From NCBI GenBank assembly GCA_964454175.1, contig CAYVSA010000016.1, positions 3,654-33,359 of the forward strand: DNA of 29,706 nt, written 5' to 3'. The number at the start of each line of letters is the position of its first letter. Position 1 is the first letter of the stretch. The translations under genes were made by a program, and so were the position numbers. This stretch comes from an uncultured Pseudomonadota bacterium (GTDB lineage: Bacteria; BMS3Abin14). This document shows, one piece after another, positions 9,984-17,805 of the stretch. The notes beneath the pieces were generated by a model. That model worked only from the letters and a program-made list of their open reading frames with translations. It made no database searches and was not told the DNA's origin.

Positions 9984-11153
9984 ATGGAAGAGTTCTTCAG
10001 GATCAAAAGACTTCCGCCCTATGTGTTCAATATTGTCAACGAACACAAGTATCAGGCCAGGCTCAAGGGCGTTGACATCGTAGACTTCGGGATGGGTAAC
10101 CCGGACCTGCCCACGCCTCAGCACATTGTGGACAAGCTGATCTCGGCGGCCCAGGATCCAAGGAACCACAGGTACTCGGTTTCGCGCGGGATCCACAAGC
10201 TCAGAGTGGCCATGGCCGATTGGTACAGGAGAAAGTACGATGTTCACCTCGATCCTGAGACGGAGGTGGTTGCGACCATAGGGTCGAAAGAGGCGATCTC
10301 CCATATGATCCTTGCCATTTCTGCGCCTGGTGATGTTGCCATAGTGCCTGATCCCTGTTATCCGATCCACTTCTACAGCGCCATAATCTCCAATGCGGAC
10401 GTCAGGAGCGTCCCCATGCAGGAGGACGAGGACGAGTTCCTTGCGAGCATCGAGCGTGCTGTAAAAGGTCTGTGGCCCCGTCCCAAGATGCTGATCCTGA
10501 ACTACCCTAACAACCCGACTACTTTTACGGTGCACCTATCCTTTTTTGAGAAGGTGGTTGAGCTTGCAAGGGAGTACGACCTGATAGTAGTTCATGACCT
10601 CGCATATGCTGACCTTGTGTTTGAAGGCGGACAAGCTCCAAGTATCCTCCAGGTGCCTGGCGCCAAGGACGTTGCGGTTGAGATCTACACTCTTTCCAAG
10701 AGCTACAATATGCCTGGCTGGAGGGTCGGCTTTGCAGTTGGAAACCCCAGGGTGATAGGGGCGCTCGTCCGTATTAAAAGCTATCTGGACTACGGTATGT
10801 TTCAGCCGATACAGATCGCGGCTATCATCGCTCTGAACGGACCGGACGACTGTGTCAAGGACACCGTTGAAGTTTATCGAAAGAGACGGGATGTCCTGGT
10901 GGAAGGTCTTAACAGGATCGGCTGGGAGGTAGAAAAGCCCAAAGCCACCATGTTCGTCTGGGCACCGATACCAGACAAGTACAAGGAGATGGGGAGTCTT
11001 GACTTCTCGCTCATGGCCATGGAAAAAGCCAAGGTTGCGATGGCTCCCGGCATAGGCTTTGGACAGGGGGGTGACGGGTCGGTCAGGTTTGCTTTGGTGG
11101 AGAATGAACACAGGACTCGTCAGGCGATCAAGGGGCTTAAGACTCTGTTTTAG
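9984..11153 (+). CDS. alaC: PLP-dependent class I/II aminotransferase, AlaC/YfdZ-like (alternative start 9972)
   Basis: [33 protein letters not shown] lysine in [20 protein letters not shown]; substrate not verifiable from sequence. Confidence 0.85.
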   Translation: MEEFFRIKRLPPYVFNIVNEHKYQARLKGVDIVDFGMGNPDLPTPQHIVDKLISAAQDPRNHRYSVSRGIHKLRVAMADWYRRKYDVHLDPETEVVATIGSKEAISHMILAISAPGDVAIVPDPCYPIHFYSAIISNADVRSVPMQEDEDEFLASIERAVKGLWPRPKMLILNYPNNPTTFTVHLSFFEKVVELAREYDLIVVHDLAYADLVFEGGQAPSILQVPGAKDVAVEIYTLSKSYNMPGWRVGFAVGNPRVIGALVRIKSYLDYGMFQPIQIAAIIALNGPDDCVKDTVEVYRKRRDVLVEGLNRIGWEVEKPKATMFVWAPIPDKYKEMGSLDFSLMAMEKAKVAMAPGIGFGQGGDGSVRFALVENEHRTRQAIKGLKTLF

Positions 11154-11159
11154 TTATGC

Positions 11160-11277
11160 GGCTACAAAAACAGGCTATCTACGGTGTTCTCGGTCGTCGG
11201 AAATCCTCGACGTATTGTATATGCGCCTCTGGTTTCCTTCTCCCTGCGGCCTTGTATCTAACCCGTTTTTGTGAGCC
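11160..11277. mobile_element. ~118-bp MITE-like palindromic element with terminal inverted repeats
   Basis: Left end GGCT-ACAAAAACAGG versus reverse complement of right end GGCTCACAAAAACGGG; internal arms GGAAA...TTTCC and CGTAT...ATGCG; no coding capacity. Confidence 0.6.
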
Positions 11278-11289
11278 TTATTTATATTT

Positions 11290-11380
11290 GAAATTGGAGA
11301 ATGGAGATTGGAAAATCTGGTAATGGGCAATAGACTAGAGGCTATAGCCGGGTTCTACTAATTACCAATCACGCATCACA
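11290..11380. repeat. Heptamer tandem-repeat array (AAATTGG/AGAATGG/AGATTGG) with a weaker opposite-sense array
   Basis: 7-nt periodicity at 11290-11332; C-rich counterpart ATTACCA-ATCACGC-ATCACA at 11361-11380. Confidence 0.7.
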
Positions 11381-11435
11381 TTGGACCTTGGCGAGTAACT
11401 AGATTGAACACCTGCCTGAACACGTGAGAGAGACA

Positions 11436-12458
11436 ATGGGCCGAAAAGAATATTCAATAGCTGTGGCTGGAGCAACCGGTGCGGTGGGAGCGTTGATGAT
11501 AAAGGTGCTGGAAGAGCGCAACTTTCCGGTACGTGAGATGAGATATCTCGCTTCCTCGAGGTCGGTTGGAAGGAAACTTGACTGGATGGGAGAACAGCTC
11601 CAGGTACAGGAATTGACAAAAGACTCCTTTTCGGGGGTCGACATCGCGCTTTTCTCGGCCGGTGGAGGGCGGAGCAAAGAGTTCGCTCCTGCGGCGGTAG
11701 AGGCGGGAGCGGTGGTTGTGGATAATTCCTCCGCCTTCCGGATGGATGCAGACGTCCCGCTGGTCGTACCCGAAGTTAATCCGCAGGATATAGCCGGATA
11801 CACCAGAGCAGGTATTATCGCCAACCCGAACTGCACGACGATAATCATGATAGTCGCCCTAAAGCCGCTGCACGACTATGCCAGGATCAAAAGGGTGGTG
11901 GTGTCATCATACCAATCCACCAGCGGAGCAGGGGCAAAAGCCATGGAAGAGTTGATAAACCAGGCAAGGGACTGGTCCGCGGATAAGCCTCTGACTGTGG
12001 GCGCGTTTCCCTACCCGATACTCTTTAACGTGATCCCTCACGTCGACGATTTTACGGAAAACGGCTACACAAAAGAAGAGATGAAGATGCACAACGAGAC
12101 CCGAAAAATGCTCCACGATGACGATATCATGGTTTCAGCAACCTGCGTGCGGGTCCCCGTACTTACGGCCCACTCTGAGTCGATCAGCATCGAGACCGAA
12201 AAGGAGATAACAGTTCAGAAGGCGAGGGAGCTGCTGGGTGCAGCGCCGGGGGTTGAGGTGCTTGATGAACCGGAAAATCTGAAATATCCCATGCCCATAT
12301 ACGCTGCCGGAGGGGATACCTGCTACGTAGGCCGGATAAGGAAGGATATTTCCACAAGGAACGGCCTTGCCTTCTGGGTGTCTGGTGACCAGCTTCGAAA
12401 GGGAGCAGCTACCAATACGGTTCAGATCGCCGAGATACTGGCGGATGAGTATCTGTAA
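11436..12458 (+). CDS. asd: Aspartate-semialdehyde dehydrogenase
   Basis: GATGAVG, DNSSAFRM, VPEVN, catalytic ANPNCTT, YQSTSGAG, ATCVRVPV..HSE, DQLRKGAA. Confidence 0.97.
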   Translation: MGRKEYSIAVAGATGAVGALMIKVLEERNFPVREMRYLASSRSVGRKLDWMGEQLQVQELTKDSFSGVDIALFSAGGGRSKEFAPAAVEAGAVVVDNSSAFRMDADVPLVVPEVNPQDIAGYTRAGIIANPNCTTIIMIVALKPLHDYARIKRVVVSSYQSTSGAGAKAMEELINQARDWSADKPLTVGAFPYPILFNVIPHVDDFTENGYTKEEMKMHNETRKMLHDDDIMVSATCVRVPVLTAHSESISIETEKEITVQKARELLGAAPGVEVLDEPENLKYPMPIYAAGGDTCYVGRIRKDISTRNGLAFWVSGDQLRKGAATNTVQIAEILADEYL

Positions 12459-12473
12459 GGCTATTACCCTGGA

Positions 12474-12608
12474 TAATAGAAATTAGACAATGGAGATTGG
12501 AAATTCTATATTTTAAACACAAAGCAAAGGCAGAGCAGAAATCCTGTGCAATTTCCATTTTTCACTCTCCGTTTTCTAATGCTCCAATTTCTAATGTCTA
12601 ATGTTCCT
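12474..12608. repeat. Inverted pair of heptamer arrays (AATTAGA/CAATGGA/GATTGGA ... ATTTCCA/ATTTCTA/ATGTCTA)
   Basis: 12482-12502 matches the reverse complement of 12582-12602 at 17/21; 7-nt periodicity on both arms. Confidence 0.75.
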
Positions 12609-12625
12609 ATTGCTGCGAGCAATTA

Positions 12626-13441
12626 ATGAGATGGCTGCAGGACATCACTCTCGGGAGCTATTTTCCCGTTGATTCCCCCATCCACGATCTTGACCCGAGA
12701 TTGAAGATCGCCTCCATGGTTTTCCTCATGGGGGCGACCTTCTTCTTTTCTTCCGCCTGGGCTATTGGATTGCACACCCTGGGGCTTCTGGTCCTGGTCA
12801 GGCTCTCCTGCATCCCTGTAAAATATTTCATCAGAAGCCTGCGTTTTTTCGTCTGGCTGTTCGTGTTCACAGCAGTTCTCCACCTCTTTTTTACAGCGGG
12901 GACACCCGTGACTGATGAACCGCTCTTTGGATTTATCACGATCACATATGAGGGGATCTACCGCGGTGCAGTAATTTCCTGGAGACTCCTCTCCGTTGTT
13001 GCACTTTCCGCACTGTTAACTCACACTACGACTCCTCTGGAGATCACACGGGGTATGGAATCCCTGCTCAAGCCGCTCAATGCCGTTCGCTTCCCGGTGC
13101 AGGATTTTTCAATGATGATGATGATAGCCATAAGATTCATACCGGTGCTGTTTGACGAGACACAGATGGTGTGGAAGGCCCAGAGGTCAAGAGGCGCAGA
13201 TTTTTCCAGGGGCGGTATCAGGAGCAGGGCGAACACACTCCTTTCCGTGCTCATGCCTGTATTTACGGGCGTCTTCAAGAGGGCCGATGATCTTGCCATT
13301 GCCATGGAGTCACGCGGCTATGCCCCCGGCAGAAAGAGAACGAGCATGAAGACACTGAAGTGGACCGGCAGAGAAACTCTGGCGGCTGCGGCCCTGATTG
13401 TATGGGTATTCGCTGCAGTCACAGTCCAGGCTGTGCTGTAG
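12626..13441 (+). CDS. ecfT: Energy-coupling factor transporter transmembrane component T
   Basis: G.YFPVDSPIHDLDPRLK N-terminus, multiple TM segments, IAIRFIP, and the two conserved X-R-G motifs (AQRSRG, AMESRG). Confidence 0.93.
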   Translation: MRWLQDITLGSYFPVDSPIHDLDPRLKIASMVFLMGATFFFSSAWAIGLHTLGLLVLVRLSCIPVKYFIRSLRFFVWLFVFTAVLHLFFTAGTPVTDEPLFGFITITYEGIYRGAVISWRLLSVVALSALLTHTTTPLEITRGMESLLKPLNAVRFPVQDFSMMMMIAIRFIPVLFDETQMVWKAQRSRGADFSRGGIRSRANTLLSVLMPVFTGVFKRADDLAIAMESRGYAPGRKRTSMKTLKWTGRETLAAAALIVWVFAAVTVQAVL

Positions 13442-13450
13442 GATCGATCA

Positions 13451-14179
13451 ATGAGGCTCTTTTTCAAGATCGAGTATGATGGGACACAGTTTCACGGTTG
13501 GCAGATACAGCCTGACGTGAGGACGGTCCAGGGAGATATGGAAGACGCAGTTGGTCAGATGATGGGAGCACCCGTCAGAGTGATAGGTTCGGGCAGGACC
13601 GATGCAGGCGTACACGCCATGGCCCAGGTTGCTCACTGCGACGTCGAAAAAGATATCCCCTTTTTTAACATCAGGATGGGATTGAACAGCATCCTCCAGG
13701 ATGACGTCAGGGTTCTTGAATGTTCAGAGGCGCCCAAAGGTTTTCACGCTCAGTTCAGTGCAAAGGGCAAGAGGTACCGCTACAGGGTTTTGAATCGTGA
13801 AAACCCCACTGCTCTGGACAGGCACAGGGTCTGGCACCTCAGACATCCCCTGGACCTGGATACCATGGAGGAGGCAGCTGAACACCTCAGGGGGAAGCAC
13901 GATTTCACTTCCTTCAAGTCGGCAGGGGACAACAGGTCCAGCGTGAGAGATCTCAGGAAAATAGTTATCGAGAAAAACGGTGATTTGATCACGATGGATT
14001 TCGAGGCTAACGGTTTTTTAAAATACATGGTCAGGAACATCGTGGGAGCATTGACGTGGGTAGGTGCAGGCAGGATGACACCGGGGGAACTCAAGGATTT
14101 TCTCGAGCTGAAAAGGCGCATGGATGCCCCAAAGAAAGCACCGCCCCAGGGGCTTACTCTCAAATGCGTGTACTACTGA
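13451..14179 (+). CDS. truA: tRNA pseudouridine(38-40) synthase
   Basis: YDGTQFHGWQIQ, catalytic GRTDAGVHA, GKHDFTSF, FLKYMVRNIVG, APPQGL. Confidence 0.97.
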   Translation: MRLFFKIEYDGTQFHGWQIQPDVRTVQGDMEDAVGQMMGAPVRVIGSGRTDAGVHAMAQVAHCDVEKDIPFFNIRMGLNSILQDDVRVLECSEAPKGFHAQFSAKGKRYRYRVLNRENPTALDRHRVWHLRHPLDLDTMEEAAEHLRGKHDFTSFKSAGDNRSSVRDLRKIVIEKNGDLITMDFEANGFLKYMVRNIVGALTWVGAGRMTPGELKDFLELKRRMDAPKKAPPQGLTLKCVYY

Positions 14180-14243
14180 ACTATCGACAGCAATACAAAA
14201 GGGCAAAAGAGTGAGCGCCTGTGTACGGGCATTTAGTTTTTTA

Positions 14244-14272
14244 TTGATAGTGTGAGGATAATTAAGTAGTGT
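14244..14272 (+). promoter_or_regulatory. Possible sigma70 promoter of the liv operon
   Basis: TTGATA (14244-14249), 17-nt spacer, TAGTGT (14267-14272). Confidence 0.45.
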
Positions 14273-14387
14273 TGCAGTTCTGTAAGCTGCAGGTGAGTGA
14301 GATCACTCGTGCTGCATTTGGTCAGAGAATTGGGGTTGATCAGATTCGTTCAGCGGTACTTTCGGAGTGGATGGAAAGGAGTATGTT

Positions 14388-15542
14388 ATGAGGAGAAGGT
14401 TCGTAGTAAGCAGTCTTACTGTTCTGGTTCTTAGTCTGTCCTTCCTCGTGTTTGGCTGCAGCAAGAAGGCGGCGCAGCCTGCCGAGACGATAAAAATACC
14501 TGTTGCCTCACCCTTCACGGGGCAGCTGGCATCGTTCGGTGAGGGTGTCAAGAATGGCGCCCTTCTCGCAGCTGAAGACATCAACTCCGCTGGAGGTATA
14601 GGTGGAAAGAACGTTGAGATCGTCCTCGGGGATGACCTTTGCGATCCCAAAGAGGCCGCCAACGTTGCCACAAAGTTCGCCGCCGACACGGGGGTTTCCG
14701 TAGTAGTTGGCCACTTGTGCAGCTCCTCAACCATGGCAGCGCTGCCCATCTACAAGGAAGCCAAGCTCCCCGCTATCTCACCAGCAAGCACCAATGTGAA
14801 GATCGGCAAGATGAGCCCGTACTACTTCAGGAACGTCTACAAGGATGACTTCCAGGGAACATTCCTGGCCAAGTATTCCAAAAAAGTGCGAAATCACAGC
14901 AAGGTTGCTATCTTTTTTGAGACCAACGACTATTCCATAGGGCTCAAGGACGCTTTTGTGGCTGAGGCGAAAAAGCAGGGGCTGAATATTGTCGGGCAGG
15001 AGTCCTACACTTCTGATACGACCGATTTCACTTCATCACTCACCAAGTTCAGGGCCCAGTCCCCGGACGCTATTTTTATTCCCGGATATGCTCCACAGGC
15101 GACCCTGATAGTTGCCCAGGCAGCCAAGCTGGGGATCAAAGTGGACTACTTCGGCGCTGACGGCCTTGATGACAACATCATGCTGGAAAACCCCGATGCA
15201 GAAGGGCTGTTCGTGACGAGCCCGTTCCTGCCTGACAGAGCGGGACCGGATGCACAGTCATTTATCAAGTCCTACACCGCCAAATACAATAAGGAGCCAA
15301 ACTGGTTCGCCGCCAACACCTACGACGCAGTCCGAATGGCCTCAGACGCAATTGCCAACGCAGGACAGGACAGGGAAAAGGTCAAGGACTATCTCGCTGG
15401 TCTTAACACCCCCGCAAAGGCGTACATGGGTGTTACCGGTGCTACCTATTTCGATGAGAACGGCGACTGTCTGAAACCGGCCTTCATCAAGAACATAAAG
15501 GGCGGAAAGTGGGTAAGTGCCGCCACGCAGCTGACCGAGTAG
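14388..15542 (+). CDS. livK: Branched-chain amino acid ABC transporter substrate-binding lipoprotein (LivJ/LivK family)
   Basis: SD AAGGAG at 14376-14381; lipobox-like VFGC; INSAGGIGG, DDLCDPKEA, GHLCSSST, ISPAST, YDAV motifs. Confidence 0.88.
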   Translation: MRRRFVVSSLTVLVLSLSFLVFGCSKKAAQPAETIKIPVASPFTGQLASFGEGVKNGALLAAEDINSAGGIGGKNVEIVLGDDLCDPKEAANVATKFAADTGVSVVVGHLCSSSTMAALPIYKEAKLPAISPASTNVKIGKMSPYYFRNVYKDDFQGTFLAKYSKKVRNHSKVAIFFETNDYSIGLKDAFVAEAKKQGLNIVGQESYTSDTTDFTSSLTKFRAQSPDAIFIPGYAPQATLIVAQAAKLGIKVDYFGADGLDDNIMLENPDAEGLFVTSPFLPDRAGPDAQSFIKSYTAKYNKEPNWFAANTYDAVRMASDAIANAGQDREKVKDYLAGLNTPAKAYMGVTGATYFDENGDCLKPAFIKNIKGGKWVSAATQLTE

Positions 15543-15661
15543 AGATCTTCTGGTTATTGGCAGAAGGCTTGCGGTCCGAGCCGGCACTTGCAAGTTCAAA
15601 CCAGCGGGACTATAAACGTTGAAAAGGTTTTCGGTTCCGGGCACTTGAGAAGTAAATCCAC

Positions 15662-15699
15662 GGGCAGGTGGGGGCATTAGCGCCTACCTGCCTCTTTTT
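15662..15699 (+). terminator. Rho-independent terminator-like hairpin between the binding-protein gene and livH
   Basis: GGCAGGTGGG...CCTACCTGCC stem followed by TCTTTTT. Confidence 0.75.
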
Positions 15700-15764
15700 G
15701 TTTTGATCCTGAACATAATTTCTAAAACTGAATTTCGAACTACCTGAACCGTTGAGGAATATAA

Positions 15765-16682
15765 TTGATTGATTCATTCCTGGGCAACTTTTCACTGTTG
15801 GGCCAACAGCTTGTTAATGGCATTACGCTGGGTTCAGTTTATGCTCTTATAGCTGTCGGTTACACCATGGTTTACGGCGTAATTGAACTCATTAATTTTG
15901 CCCATGGCGAAGTCTACATGATGGGAGCATTCTTCTCCTTTACTATGGTAACCAGCATGGGATTGAACTTCTGGGTGGCTTTTCCGGTCACCATCATCCT
16001 TTGCGCCATCCTGGGTGTTCTTCTTGACATTATTGCCTACCGGCCACTGAGACAGGCACCGAGATTGGCAGCACTGATCACTGCCATCGGTATGTCCCTT
16101 TTCCTGCAGAATTTCGCGCTCATTATCTGGGGGTCCCAGATAAAATCATTCCCCGCCGCAACTTTGCCGGAGGTGTTCACACATTCGGCGTTTATAATGG
16201 GGGATATAATCATCTCCTGGCTGCAGATATTTATCCTGGCGGTGGCGACTGGAATGATGGCGGCCCTTCACGCAATTATCCACTATACCAGGGTGGGTAC
16301 TGCCATGCGCGCCATTGCTCAGGACAAGGTTACAGCTTCTCTGATGGGGATAAACGTAAACAGGGTGATCTCCTTTACTTTCGCGATAGGCTCGGCCATG
16401 GGTGGTGTTGCCGGGATACTTGTTGGAATGTACTACAATGCGATCTGGCCCACCATGGGCTACATAGCCGGGATCAAGGCATTTGCCGCCGCCGTCCTGG
16501 GCGGCATCGGTTCGGTACCCGGAGCGATGCTGGGCGGAGGTGTTCTTGGTATGGCAGAGGTTCTTGGATCCGGTTATATCTCCTCTGCTTACAGGGATGG
16601 GATAGCTTATGCCGTCATGATACTTGTCATTATTTTCAAACCTTCTGGACTTCTGGGTAAGTCCACGCTGCAGAAGGTGTGA
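15765..16682 (+). CDS. livH: Branched-chain amino acid ABC transporter permease LivH
   Basis: QQLVNGITLGSVYALIAVGYTMVYG..INFAHGE, G.AMRAIAQD, KAFAAAVLGGIG. Confidence 0.95.
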   Translation: MIDSFLGNFSLLGQQLVNGITLGSVYALIAVGYTMVYGVIELINFAHGEVYMMGAFFSFTMVTSMGLNFWVAFPVTIILCAILGVLLDIIAYRPLRQAPRLAALITAIGMSLFLQNFALIIWGSQIKSFPAATLPEVFTHSAFIMGDIIISWLQIFILAVATGMMAALHAIIHYTRVGTAMRAIAQDKVTASLMGINVNRVISFTFAIGSAMGGVAGILVGMYYNAIWPTMGYIAGIKAFAAAVLGGIGSVPGAMLGGGVLGMAEVLGSGYISSAYRDGIAYAVMILVIIFKPSGLLGKSTLQKV

Positions 16683-16683
16683 A

Positions 16684-17805
16684 GTGAAACTCTCGATGTT
16701 TGCAAATATTCTGGAAAAAGTGCCTGGTGGCTCAAGGACCCTGTTATTTTTGTTTTGCCTGGCTGTTCTCGCTCTGCCTCTTGTCATGGTCGGGTTCGGA
16801 GCTCAGTATCTCCTGCGAATTGTAACTCTCAGTATGCTTTATATGGTTCTGGCCCTCGGATTGAACATCGTTCCAGGTTTTACCGGACTTCTCGACCTTG
16901 GATATGTTGGTTTTTACGGGATCGGGGCCTACACTGCCGGGCTTCTAACGATACATTTCGGTCTCTCATTCTGGGTCATACTTCCCATTGCGGCACTTAA
17001 TGGTGCTCTGTGGGGTATCATGCTGGGCGCACCCACACTCAGGCTGACAGGTGATTACTTTGCCATAGTGACCTTCGGGTTCTCGGAACTGGTTGTACTT
17101 GTTATTCGGAACGAACTGTGGCTGACGAGGGGTCCCATGGGTCTTCCGGGCATAGCGCCTCCCTCTGTTTTCGGTCACACTTTAAGGAAGGGCTGGGAAT
17201 ATTATTACCTCATTCTGGCTATACTGCTCCTGGTGGTTTTCATTGTAAGGCGGATAGAAGATTCCAGGCTCGGCAGGGCATGGTTCGCCATACGGGAGGA
17301 CGAGATAGCCGCAGAGTGCGTTGGTATAAATATTATTAATTACAAGATAATTGCTTTTGCTACCAGCGCTTCCATTGGTGGATTGGGCGGCGCATTTTTT
17401 GCCAAGTGGTTCCTGTTTATCCATCCTGATATGTTCAAATTCTGGGAATCGATCTTGATACTTTGTCTGATCGTCTTCGGAGGCATGGGCAGTATAAAAG
17501 GTACGATGGTGGGTGCTGCCGTGCTGATACCCCTCACCGAGGTCCTCAGGTCGATACTTCTTAAGATACCGCACCTGCTTGCCAGTGTTGGAGTAGCCGT
17601 CTCCGATGACCTTGGACAGAACCTTGTCCAGGCACGCTACCTCCTTTTCGGGCTTATCCTGGTACTTATGATGAGGTTCCGTCCGGAGGGACTCTTCCCC
17701 GTTACCAGGGTTAAGGCGGAGATGCACTCCGACGAACCGTCCACGGCCTCTGAAGATGAGTCCATTTACGACAAGAGAAAAGTACAGAAGGTCAAGAAAG
17801 TATGA
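16684..17805 (+). CDS. livM: Branched-chain amino acid ABC transporter permease LivM (start GTG 16684 or ATG 16696)
   Basis: LGLNIVPGFTGLLDLGY, LRLTGDYFAIVTFGF, SRLGRAWFAIREDE, GGMGS, RPEGL. Confidence 0.94.
   Translation: MKLSMFANILEKVPGGSRTLLFLFCLAVLALPLVMVGFGAQYLLRIVTLSMLYMVLALGLNIVPGFTGLLDLGYVGFYGIGAYTAGLLTIHFGLSFWVILPIAALNGALWGIMLGAPTLRLTGDYFAIVTFGFSELVVLVIRNELWLTRGPMGLPGIAPPSVFGHTLRKGWEYYYLILAILLLVVFIVRRIEDSRLGRAWFAIREDEIAAECVGINIINYKIIAFATSASIGGLGGAFFAKWFLFIHPDMFKFWESILILCLIVFGGMGSIKGTMVGAAVLIPLTEVLRSILLKIPHLLASVGVAVSDDLGQNLVQARYLLFGLILVLMMRFRPEGLFPVTRVKAEMHSDEPSTASEDESIYDKRKVQKVKKV

Noticed and set aside
9866-10083. Short ORFs 9866-10075 and 9898-10083
   Set aside because: Translations of the REP-like doublet running out of frame into alaC.
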